From Podarcis muralis (lineage: Eukaryota): a stretch of 64,000 bases of DNA. Below, one piece after another: positions 23,501 to 35,500 of this stretch. Below the pieces are notes generated by a model. It had not been told where the DNA came from. It did not search any database and was given only the letters and a program-made list of their open reading frames with translations. The translations under genes and the position numbers were made by a program. Position 1 is the first letter of the stretch, and each line of letters begins with the position of its first letter. The DNA lies in NCBI RefSeq assembly GCF_964188315.1, contig NC_135662.1, positions 868,001 through 932,000 on the forward strand, written 5' to 3'.

Positions 23501-26500
23501 GCCAGGCCATCTGCAACAGCACCCAGTCGGGCGACTTCACCTTCTCCCGCAAGACAGAGCTGGTTTCGCAGATGATGGTGAGGAGAGGACGTCTGGATGA
23601 TGTATCCCTGAGCACGCCCATGGGGGGAGAGGGATTCGGCCCCGGGGACGGTCCGCAGGGCCAGCTCTTGCAGAACGTGACATGCTGCAGAGTTCTCTGA
23701 GCCCGTGCAGAGTGCCTTCCCCTCCCTGCCTGGGACCCAGTTTCTCTGGGCCGCCTGCTCCATCTGCAGAGGGGTCCTAGATGCACACCTGCTGGGCTGT
23801 GAGCCTTGGCTGGCCACCCCTCTTCCTCCTCTGCGCAGCTCTGAAGACGGCGGAGACCTCCCCTCTGCCTTGTCTGCCCTTTTAATCTGCCTCCGCATCT
23901 CCCGCGAGGCTTGCAGCGTGGGAGGGGGCGTCATCCCGGGAGGGGCCAGGGGCTGGGGCTCCCGGCCTCCCTCCTCTCACGCTTTCTCTTCCGCAGGATT
24001 TTATCAAGGCGGAGCCTCTGGACTCCCTGCGAACTCCCATCCGCCAGAAGGCGATGACGGCCTGCATGTTCCTGGTGTATCCTTTCCCCCCTGGCCTGTA
24101 TCTGAGGCACAACTGGAAACACCAGCCGGGGATGCCACAGGGTGCCCAGCTGAGGGTTTTTTTGGGGGGGGATTCAGACTTGGGGGTTTGCTGAGAGGCA
24201 TGAGGGCAGGTCTGGCCAAGAGCTGTCTGGTGTCCAGCTGGCCTCTTTGGCCTCCAAACCTGTCTGGTGCCACTTCCATAAAATGGACTAAGCCCACCAG
24301 ATCTGAGAGCCACACATGAACGATGCTTTGGGTGGAGCTCTTCCCTTTCCTGCCCCCTAGGGGTGCCCCTGCTCAGGAGTTTTTTCCAGGCCCCCTTAAC
24401 TTGCTCCGCAGGGTCCTGGAGCCGCCCCTGAGTGAGGCTGAGAAGGCTGAGCTGGTGGAGTCGTGTCTGGGCAGCGTCCTCCCTCTCCCCCTGCCGGAAG
24501 CCCCCAGGGAGAAGGATGGGGGGCTGGAGGCGGAGCACAAAGAGGTACGGCCGGACGGAGCTCCTTCTGCCTCCCCCCTTTTCCATGCTTGCCTGAGCAG
24601 CCCCTTCCCTCCACAGCTGGCCGCTTTGTTGGGCATGCAGGGATGGGCTCTGGCAAGCACCCGGTTGCCCTTGTCCAGGTGGCACTGGTGGAACTCCTTG
24701 CCGCAGGTCAACATGGTTCCTTCTCTGGAGTTTGTCAAATGGCCCCCCTCCCGGGGGGAGTTCCATGTGGCTTTGAGTGGGGGAGCTGCATCCCTGGGTC
24801 CCCTCCGCTTGGGTGTGCTCAGACGGGCCTTTGGCGCCCGGGACGGGCAGAGGCAGAGACCCGCCCAGGAGTGTCTCTGGGCTCCACAGGACATGTGACT
24901 GGGCTTCTGGGGTGGGCGTGGGGTGAGAGAAGCTGTGTGGAGCTTTCGCACCCAGGTGGGAGGCATCACCTGGGCATCACCTTCCCTTCCTTTTCCACGC
25001 TCAGCCTCTGTGGTGCGACACCCTTCGTGCCCTCAAGGACCTGCTGAAGAGCATCCTGCACAGACACATGACGCCCCACGGCCTGCAGATCATGTTTGAG
25101 GTAGGGGGAGCAAGGAGAGAGACCCGGGGGGCTCCCACAGCCCTCCTATGGCGGGCGGGCCTTGCGCATTGAGTGACAGTCCCTGGAGAGAGGGGGGGCA
25201 TCCTGTCTGCCCCCTTCTCCCCCACCTTCTCTTCCCTCCTTCCGGGCAAAGGGCTGAGAGATCTTTCCTCCCAGGGCCACCCTTTGCCCGGCCTCTGCTG
25301 CCCCCTTCCGGGGGCTCTTGCAAGGGGTCCCTCTGTGGGATCTCTCTGGCCGAGCTGCCATTTCTACCTTCTGCCTCCGCAGCACCTGAGCCCCTGGATC
25401 AAGTCCGCCAAGGAGCACGAGAGGGAGCGAGGCGTGGAAGTGAGCGCGGCCATCTTGGAGTTCTATCGGGAGAAGCTGAACGTCAACGTGAGTTCCCCTC
25501 CCTCCCGCAGCCACAGGGCTGCCTTTGCTTTGCTTTGCGGCCTCTGTCCAGTAGACCTGAAGGAGCGTCTCCACCCCCATCATTCAGCCCAGACACTGAG
25601 GTCCAGCTCCGAGGGCCTTCTGGCAGTTCCCTCCCTGTAAGAAGTGAAGTTACAGGGAACCAGGCAGAGGGCCGTCTCGGTGGTGGCGCCCTCCCTGTGG
25701 AAAGCCCTCCCTTCAGATGTCAAAGAGAGAAATAACTACCAGACTTTTAGAAGACATCTGAAGGCAGCCCTCTTTAGGGAAGCTTCTAATGTTTAATAGG
25801 TTATTGTATTTTAGTGTTCTGTTGAAAGCTGCCCAGAGTGGCTGGGGAAACCCAGTCAGATGGGCGGGGTATAAATAAAAAATATTATTATTATTATTGC
25901 CTGGTATTTGGGCTGCTCAGGACCACAGGTGTGTCTGGAGCACTTTGTCCCTCGTTTGCGGTCCCTCGCGTTGGCACTAGACCCAGAGCCACTGGGGAGC
26001 GGGGCCTGGTGCCCGCCTGGTGCTGCCGGCAGCCCTCCCAATCTGGCACACTGGCCGTGTCTCCCTGACTCCATCCCTGACTGCGTGGTGCCTGGTGGAG
26101 AGTGCGAAACCTCACGCCTGACTGGACTGTGCATGGGGCGGAGGAGAACTGCCATTCACAGTGCTCAGTTTATTCAATCATTATAATAATTGTAACTCAC
26201 CCATCGGACTGGGTTGCCCCAACCACTCTGGGCGGCTTCCAACAGAATATAAAAAGGAAGACCTTATATATTAAAAGCTTCCCTGCCCAGGGCTACCTTC
26301 AGATGTCTTCTGAATGCCATAGAGCTGTTTATCTCCTTGCGAGAGAAATTCTCAGGGGTGACTCACACCCTGGCCATCACCTCTTTAATCTTCTACCCTC
26401 GCGCAGGAGATATAGACGTATAATCAGCCGTACCAACAGGCTAAAAAACAGCTTCTATCCGTGGGCTGTTAGGCTGTTGAACGGAAAATAACATAGCGAA

Positions 26501-29500
26501 ATTGACTTGCGCGGTGGTGTATTGTTCAATAAGAGATTGTTTGGCGGGGGGAGGGAGACTCGTTTAATTTCATTGGTTTTTTTTGTGTGTTTCCCCCCCC
26601 CCAAAAAAATTATTCATTTTATAACACAAATAAAAAAACACAAGCAGAAAAGACAAACAATACGGACAAGTTCTTGTCATAGTCTTATTTTTCTAAACAT
26701 TGTTAAGTGGGCTTCCGCAAGTCCCACCTATCTGATTTTCATTTTACTCATTTAATTTCATTGTACACAGGTTGTACAATGACAATAAAGCTTTATTATT
26801 ATTATTTATTTATCATCATCATAATCATTTAACGGGAGGGCATTCAGCAGGGCAGGCCCCTTCTGTGCCAAAAGAGCTCCTGACGCGAGCCAAGCTCTTG
26901 CAAGAGTGGTGAGCCACCTGCCGCCTTGAACAGGGTTTGAGGCTCCCTCTGGGCCCTGCCTGCTCCTGGGGGGCTCCTGTGAGCCCTTGGCCCTGCTGGC
27001 TTGCGTAAGTTTGACCGACAGCGGCTCAGGTTGTTGTGGCCCAGTGCTGCCCCCTTGTGGGGACTGTAATTGGGGCATGGCATGGCAGCCCCTTTGCCGC
27101 CGTCCTCTCAATGGGCCTCCCTGGTGCCTTGTGTTCCCAGACGGTGGTCCCTTTCTACAACGTGGGGCTGCTTATTGCGCTCTTCGCCCCCCGCTGCACC
27201 GACTCCCTGGCCGGCACTCGCCAGCACGCGGTCGACTGCGTCCACAGCCTTTTGTACATCCAGCTGTACTATGAGGGTAAGAGCCGGGGCCAGCGCTTGT
27301 TTCTTGGGGGGGGGGGGGGGGCGGGTGGCAAAAGCGTGAACCTTCCTGGTGGGATCTCTCTGTCCCTCCCTCTCCTCCTGTGTAGGGCCAGCTTGGCCTC
27401 TGCAATACTTGGCTCTGCCAAGGCTGAGTCCAAGGTGCTGGTCCAGGTGTAGGAACCCTTCCGTACCCCAATCTCAGGGGTCCCTGCAGATCCCATCTCC
27501 CCAGGAGGGCCCCTTGCATACGATGCACAAACAGGGCCCCCCCTGCCTCCTGTGACATCCCATACAGGGGCCTTTCTGGGTCCCAACGAGGACTTTGCTT
27601 TGTCAACCAGCCTTTAAAGTGATTTGCTCGTCTCCGTATCTGGACTTGACATTGCATTCATGTGCTTCTATTGTCAAACTTTACAGCAATTCATTCAAAT
27701 CCCAAATTCATCAAAAGAGTATTTTAACCAGGGCTTGCTCCCACCTCCTAGCTTCCACCGGCCTTGTTTTTCCTGGTGGGGGGGAAAGCAAAATGAGTGG
27801 GAACTGGAGAACTTGATCTCACCCTTTCCTCTGAACTCGCTGGCACTCAGTCCAGTACCCCCCCCCAAAAAAAAAGATGAAGAGCAGCGGTTGTTTGGGA
27901 TGCTGCTTCCTTCTCTGGGCAGCAGAGGGGGGTATATCACTTGCACATGCAGGAGCTGCTGGGATTACCAAGGGGGCTTGCAGGGGAGGGGGGAGATGGT
28001 CCTGGAAGGGCAGCTGTGTGGCCCAGATGGGCAAAGCCCCCCCCCCCCGATGCCCCCAAAGACCTGGCTGCCCTTCTCCGTCCGCGCAGGGTTTGCTCGA
28101 GATCACAAGGACGAGTCTCTGGAGAAACTGAAGGCCCTGAAGACCGGCCTGAGAGACCCCGACGTCAACACCCTCTTCCAGGCCTGCTGCAACATAGCCC
28201 AGGTGGGACCTTGAGATGCTCAGCCTGGGCAGGGGGGGGCACTTGTTGCCCGAGGGGGTCGGGGGCTTTCCCTTGGTCTCCTGGGGCAGCTGGGCCAGTT
28301 CCTTGCCTAATGAGTTCCTGTCCTTCTTCTAATGTCTTTTTAATCTTCTTTATTGGAAGTCGCCCAGAGTGGCTGGGGAAGCCCAGCCGGATGGGCGGGG
28401 TACAAATAATAAATTATTATTATTATTGCCTATTATTATTATTATTACCAACAGGTAATAGCCAAGCGGCTCCCCCCCGACCAGCTGCTCAGCCTCCTCC
28501 TCTCCATGTTGGAGGGCTTGGCGGATCCGGACAAGAACTGTTCCCGCGCAGCCACCGTGGTGGTCAACTCCCTCCTGAAGGAGCGTGGGGCTGTCCTGCT
28601 GGAGAAGGTGAGGCGGAGGTGGGGGGGGGCTTCTCTCCCTCCCACCTTGGGCTCTTGAATGTCCATGGGTGCTGGGAGGAAGGCTGGGGGGGCCCCCTCT
28701 CCCTGGATTGGGATCCTGGGTCTTGGGGGCAGAGGCTCGGCGGGCTTCTCTGTGCTGCCCCTTCTTAATCAAAGAATTGTAGAATTGGAAGAGACCCGCC
28801 CCCCCCCCCAGGGTTGTCTAGTCCAACCCCCTATGCAGGGGTCACTACCAAATCATCCCTAATGGGTGGCCCCCCAACCTGTCACAGCTGCTTCAGTTGT
28901 GATTCCTGCATTCTTGTAGAGGAGTTGGCAACAAGTGCCAAGTGGGGGGGGGGCGCCCACTCCAGAAGCCCTTATGTGCTCCCCCTAGGGCAGTGGTTCT
29001 CTCCCTGTGGGTCCCCAGATGATGTTGGACTACAACTCCCATCATCCCTGAGCTCTGGCCTTCCTAGCTAGGGGTGATGGGAGTTGTAGTTCAACATCTG
29101 GGGACCCTCAGGTTGAGAGGATGGAGTTGAGGGTTCACTCCCTCCTGCTCTGCCTGTCGCGGCAGCCTCTGAGCCCCCTGTGCCCCCGCAGGTGCCGGAG
29201 ATCCTGGCGGTGGTGCACTCCAAGCTGCAGGAGGTGGAGGAGGAGGCTGTCCGGAAGGCGGCCCAGCAGACGGTCCACATCCTGGCCACACAGCACAAGG
29301 CCGCCGTGGTCTCCAGCCTCCTGGGCAACCCTCTGCCCTTGGACAGGTAGGCGGCTCTGCACCTGCCTCCGCTGGGGCCCTTTGGCCAAAGCCTTTGCAG
29401 CTGCTTCTGGTGTGTGTGTGTGGGGGGGCTTTTCTCCAGGAGAATCTCCCTTCCCTCCCCCTATGGTATGGAGGTGGCGCACAACCCTCAGGAAGGCTCC

Positions 29501-32500
29501 AGCCGAGGTCAGCCATGCCAGGAGGAAGCCCTGATGGTGCCCAAGGGGTCTCTTTCTCTCTTGCCCCTTCACACGTCTGCTTCCTGCAGCCCAGAGGGTC
29601 TCTCCTGCCAGGGGTCTGGCTCTGGCTCTTTGGAGCCCCTCTTGGGTTCAGCCCCAGGGACTGTGAGTCCAAGGTGGGGGGAGGGAGCTCTGCTGAGTCA
29701 GGAGGTGGAGCCAGAAGAGCCTGTGACTGAGCATCCTGGGCTGGGGGAGCCCCTGTTTCTGGCCGATGCCTGAAAGCGCGTGGCTCCCCGTCTCCCAGAG
29801 CAAGCTTGTCCCCCGGCAGCCATATAATAATAATTTATTATTTATACCCTGCCCATCTGGGTGGGTTTCCCCAGCCACTCTGGGCGGCTTCCAGCAAAGA
29901 TTAAGAATACATTAAAATGTCTCACATTAAAAGCTTCCCTAAACAGTTCTGCCTTCAGATGTCTTTTAAAAGTCTGGTAGTTGTTTTTCTCTTTGACATC
30001 TGGTGGGAGGGCTTTCCACAGGGAGGGCGCCACCACCGAGAAGGCCCTCTGCCTGGTTCCCTGTAACCTAAATAATCGCAACGAGGGAACCGCCTGAAGG
30101 CCCTCGGCGCTGGACCTCAGTGTCCGGGCAGAACGATGGGGGTGGAGACGCTCCTTGTCCTGGGGAGCCTCTGACGCTGGCCCCCTCCTCCTTCCCCTTC
30201 CCCGTTTCAGCTGCAGCTGCCTGATGTGGCGGGCCCTGGCCTCGGAGCCCCCCCTCGCCACCCAGGTCTTGGAGCTGCTCCTGGAGAAAGTGAACCGGGA
30301 CGTCCCCTACAAAGAGAACAAGTCCTTCTTGCGGGGCAGCGGCTCCGAGCGCGTGGCCACTTTCTTCCCCCTGGCGGTGAGTGTCCGGCCTGCTTGCTAA
30401 GAAGCCCTCCTCCTCCTCCTCCTGCTGCCTCTTCCTCCCCCCCCCGCCCCCCACACCTGGGCTGCTGCCGCCGCGCCCCCTCCGCTGCCCTCATTTCCTC
30501 CCCTCGGGTGTCTGTGCCAGGCCTGGTCCCTGGAAAAGAGGCCTTGCCATATAATGCCTATTAGCGCTAATCCGCCGGCTCATAAAGGCCCTCTCAGGTG
30601 TTCGTCCTCCAGGGAGATCGCTTTGCGTTTTATCCCCCCAAGAAAATAAACGCTGCCGCTTGGCAGCTCTGTGAGCAGGAAAGCAGCTGTGAAAATTTCC
30701 TCCTCCTCCGCCGAACCAGACGCAGATGCCAGCGGATCCGTCATGCTTGAAAGCCAACCCCGGCCCCTGCAACCCCCCCCCCCCGGCCCACCCCAGGGCC
30801 ATTGTTCAGGAGCAGCCCAGCCTCTCCGCTTTCAAGTGGCAGCGAGATGCGACACACAAACACACACACGTATTGGAGTGTGTCTGCTGTGGTCGCTTGA
30901 CCCCGAGGAGTTCTGATTCAGCCTTCAGACCTGCCGTTGCTCTTCAGGCCCACCTGCCTCCCAGCAGCCAACACTTGGGGGGCCCCCAGGAGCAGAGCAG
31001 GCCCATCTCTCCCCCACTGGCCGGCAGCAAAGGCTCCCGGGGTTCCCTGCTGGGGCTCGAGCTGGGGAAAGGGGGGACCTCCTGCCCCCCAGGCCCACGG
31101 AAAGCCCCAGGGACGGTCTCTCCATCCTCCCAAGGACGTTTGAGCGGCCCAGACTCTGCCCCTCTGCCTTGGGGGCACCCTGCTTGAGCGCCCCAGGGTG
31201 CCTCTCCCGGCTCTTGGTGCCCCCTCCTGACCTCCCCTCTCCCCCCTCCAGGCCACATGCGCTCTGCATGAGATCATGTCTGTCCCGGAGTGTGGCCCGG
31301 CCATCGTGGGCCTCTACGCCGAGCTCTTCGTCTCCCTCCTGCTCCGGGTCAGCTGTACGGTGGGCGTCCATCTCCCCAAGAACATGCAGTCCAAGGAGAG
31401 GAAGAGCGCCGGCCGCGGGCAGCCCCTCCGGCCGCTGGACCCCTGCAGGTACCGCTGGGCCAGCCCCCTCAGCTGCCTCCCTCTACCTGCCATGTGGAAC
31501 TGATTTTGCGGGGGGTTTGTTTTTTTCACCAACACGGCGGCAGCAGCGAGGTCTCCGCACGTAATCTGATGGTTGGGTAATGCGCCACGGCCCATAACGT
31601 ATTAGGTATGAAGGCAGGCCTGACCTCGGCGGGGGGATTAGCTCCCCCCTCGCTTTCCACACACTCGCCTCCCCCTAAATCAGGAAATATTAAATCGCTC
31701 TTCCTGTTGCAGCCTGGCTTGTGGTTTTCGCCTTCGCATTCTTTGCATGGTGCGTGCAGAGGTGCCCTCGCTCTCTCTCTCTCTCTCTCACGGCTGCTGG
31801 GTTGGGTTACGTCTGCCTCTCCAGCAAGGCAGGGAGGAGCTGCTCAGGGCTGCACAGGCCAGGGAAGCGTTTTCCTGAATAAAAATGGAATTTTGGGGGA
31901 GTGGGGAGAGAGGCACGTTCAAAGCAGCCTTGCTGTGAATTGCTGGGAGCCTGGCTCTCCCCCCTGCGACATGCAGAGCAGCAGTGCTGTGGATGCCCCG
32001 GCCCAGGAGGGTACAGGGGGCACCTCTGGCCATCTTCTGCACTTCCTTGTGCCCCCTTGTGCCCCTGGCTCTCCCTGGCACCTTGGCCTGGCAGGCAGCG
32101 GCTGTACTGGGTGCTCCAATGCAATCATGTTTCTTAGTGGTGTCAACGCCCGTCCAGGGGCCACAGCAGCATTCGCCTGCCAAGGGAAGGGCCTGTTTGG
32201 CCAGGGGGTCCCTTGGCCCCTATGCCTGTGGGTGCTCACTGCTTCTGCGCCATTTCAAGTTGGCTGCTCCACTTAGAAGCCGGCAGGGTCAGCCTCCCAG
32301 GCATGGTGGGTGCCCCTCGCTGGCCTACCGGCAGGCAAGGCACAACTTTGGCTTTGCTGCTCCAACTCCTGGCTTCCTTTCCCTGCGCCAGAGATGGGGA
32401 GCCTGCCGCCCTCAAGAGCTTCTTGGACTCCCAGCAGGGCCAGTGGAAAGGGATGCTGGGAGATGGGGGTCCAGCAACATCCCTGGGGGGGCCACAGAAT

Positions 32501-35500
32501 CACCCCCCTCCCCGGTCAGTCGGCAAACTCCCTTGGTGCGTTCCACCAGAGCTGTGTGCAGACAGCAAACAGATTCCCAACTGGTTGGCGAACAGGATCC
32601 TGGCAATGGCTGGAGCGAGATGGGAGTCTCCATGCCAGGCCCCCCCCCCCCCACATAGCCAGGCTGGGTCCAGAGAAGGGCATCTGTCTCTCCTCTCGGA
32701 CGCTGGTGGAGAAGAGCAGGCTGCCCTCCTGGTCTGTGTGCGAATGCTGGTTTCCTGTTTCGGGGGACCCCAAGTCATCATATCCTCCCCTCGTATTTTG
32801 GGTTTAGTGTGACAGGACAATGGAGGTTTTCCAGATGTCACGCTCCGCTCACGGCACAATAATCCCACCCCCATAAAATACTAATGCAGGCAAAAGCTCC
32901 TCTGAGCAGCCGCCCGGGGCTTCTTAGCGTTGCGGCCGACAGCCTTGAGCACCTCCAAGAGGCGCCTGGGGTGGCAGGAGCCACGGATCCGGCCCCTCCC
33001 CCCCCCAAGGCAGAATCGAGTGGACCTTCTCTCTCTCTCTCCCCCCCCCCCCAAGCTCTGCCGTGGAGACCCTCAAGGCCATGCTGACGCAGGGGGGCAG
33101 CGAAGAGGTGGCCAGGGCAGTGTCTGCCTCGGGCGGCTGGGAGTCCCTGAGAAGCGTGGAGAGGCACCACGATGGCGTCGCCGTCCTGGCCAGGTGAGCG
33201 GGTGGGTGGTAAAGGAGGCTCTGCCCACTTGAGCCCGTCTCCTGGGGCTGCCCTGGGCGGGGAGGCGGGGCTCAGCTGGCACACTTAGGCCAGGAGCGGA
33301 ACAGGCTCTTGTGCTGAGATGCTTGCTGCAATCCCAAGAAACCTGTTTGCCAATCCCAGGGACAGACATCCGTCTGCTTCCTTAGCGCCAGGGGAGGCCA
33401 TAGAATTGCAGGACTGGGAGGAGATCCCTAAGGATCAACTAGTCCAACCATCACTGGTTGATCTGCTTCTGAAATGTGAGCTGGGGGGGGCTGTTCTCCT
33501 GGGGGTGGGCAGCGTTCAGTCAGTCCTGGTTATCTCTCTTTGCACCCCAGGCTCTTGGCTACTGAGCCTCCCAGTTTGGCCCTGGGACTGAGCGGAGCCC
33601 GTGGGTTCAGTAGCCAGTGCGATGGCAGGGAGACAGGAGAGGAAGAGCTGCTGGGCTGAATCTCTCGGCAGGCTGTGGAGTCATGGGAGGGGGGAAGCCG
33701 TGGCGGAGATGGGAGCCCCCTCCTCTCCCGCTTCCCAAGGAGCAGAGCAGAGCTGGCATGGGGTGGGGGCTGCGCCCTACGTGGTGAGAGGCGATCTCAA
33801 TTGGGGTGGGTGCCCTCTCCTTCCTCAGCGCCATGGCAAAGCACGCTGGGCCCAAGCTGCCCCTGATTGTGAAGAACCTCTCCCCCATGCTGAACAGCAT
33901 CTACGACAGCCAGCGCTTGACCACCACGGCCTTCTTTGCGGAGGTGGGTCCACGAAGGGGCTGGGGGGGGGGTCCTCCTGCTGGGGGTCCTGCTGTTGGC
34001 CCTGGCCAGGGTGGGCAAGGCAGTAATGAGAGGGGGAACTCTGCAAAGAAGGAGACTGCCAATGGCTGGCCGTGTCTCTGTGTGTTGTGGCCATGGACCC
34101 CTCCCTGGAGACTGGCTTTATTCTGATTTGTCCTCTCCCCCCAACCCCTGACTAGTAGGCTGGTAGGAAGGTGGCCAAGGGGGGCCCCTCCCTAGCCATG
34201 GCTGTTGTTTAATGCTGTTTAATGGGAACCTAGGAAGTTGCCTTCCCCTGTCTTGCTCCCTATTGCCTGCACTGACTGGCAGCAGCAAGAACTGCTGCCA
34301 GTGGGGACTGAACCTGGGACCCACTGCATGCAAGACAGGGGCTCTGCCTCTTAGCTCCCTTCTCCTGCCCCCCACCGGAGGGGAGCTGCCCCTCAGCCCC
34401 AGGAGCCAGCAAAGCCTCAGCTCATCGCTCCTGACATGCCACCCTGAGGAATGGAGTCCAGCTGCTGCGTCAGGCACCCCCCTCCCTCCCTGCTGCTGTA
34501 ACCCCTATACCTCCTTGCCTGACTCCCCACCTCCAGCTGGGGCTTTCCAAGTGCCTTTGTCGCTGCCCGGCTCAATCCCGGCTCATAAACCACCTCTTTG
34601 CGTCTCCGCTGATGGAGTGGCCTGGGATTGAGCGGCGGGGAGTCCTGTGGCTGGACGTGGGCCCAGAGCCAGAGGGGCTGGCTGCCTGCCTGGGCCTGCC
34701 GTCCGGCTGAAGCTTTAAAATAGCAGCTCTGAGGAGCAGGCGCCTGTGGCCCCCCAGCCCCCTCGGGAAGGTGATGAGGTGTGAGCTGCCCTCCACTCTC
34801 CCCCATGTGCCAGGGACAGAGGGAGGCGTCTGGCCCGGAAAGGCTCTGAGGCAAGAGAGCAGGGCTGGGGGGGGGGGACTTGGTCCTCCTCCCTTCTGGC
34901 CTGACCCTGAGCCCTGGGGCGCCTCAAGGGGAGCTGCAGACTCCGACTCTGAGCCTGTGGCCCTAGGGAGGGTGGCCGGTGTGTCTCTGGGTGTGTCTCT
35001 GTATTCGCCGCTTGTGCCTTTCAGCTCCTCAGCAGCAATGTGGTGAACGACCTGGTCCTGCTGGCGTCCGTGATGGACAGCATGACGGCCCGGCAGAGGG
35101 ACCCCTGCACCTCCGTGAGGATGCTGGCCCTGCGCGGCTTGGGCAACATGGCTTCGGGCTCGCCGGAGAAGGTGAGGGCGGATGCCAGTGGATGGGCCCC
35201 CTCTGCTTCCCCTGCTCAGGGGGGCACCTTTCCTTTCCTCCTCCCCAATATCTGCCAGGGCGAGGCCGCTCTTCCTTGGGCACAGGAGGGGTGCCAGGGT
35301 GGGCTTTGGCCCCCTCTGGCTCAGTGCTGCCACCCTGGTCTGAGGGGCGCACCCACCCCTGGCACTGCCACTGACGGAGCCTGGTGTGTGCCCCCGGCTG
35401 CAGGTGAGGCGTCACGGGGCTCAGCTCCTGGCTTCCATGATGAACGGCATGGACGACAAGGACGACCCCCACAGCCTGGTGGCCCTGGAAGCCATGGGGG

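Noticed and set aside
23882-24766. 294-aa antisense ORF, and other G/P/A/R-rich ORFs such as 34572-35333
   Set aside because: Low-complexity products expected by chance at this GC content, antisense to real exons, with no motif.
25538-30156. Two L2 copies truncated at nearly the same point (about 22 nt apart on the element) as an RT pause site
   Set aside because: Only two copies; other copies break elsewhere, so coincidence is likely.
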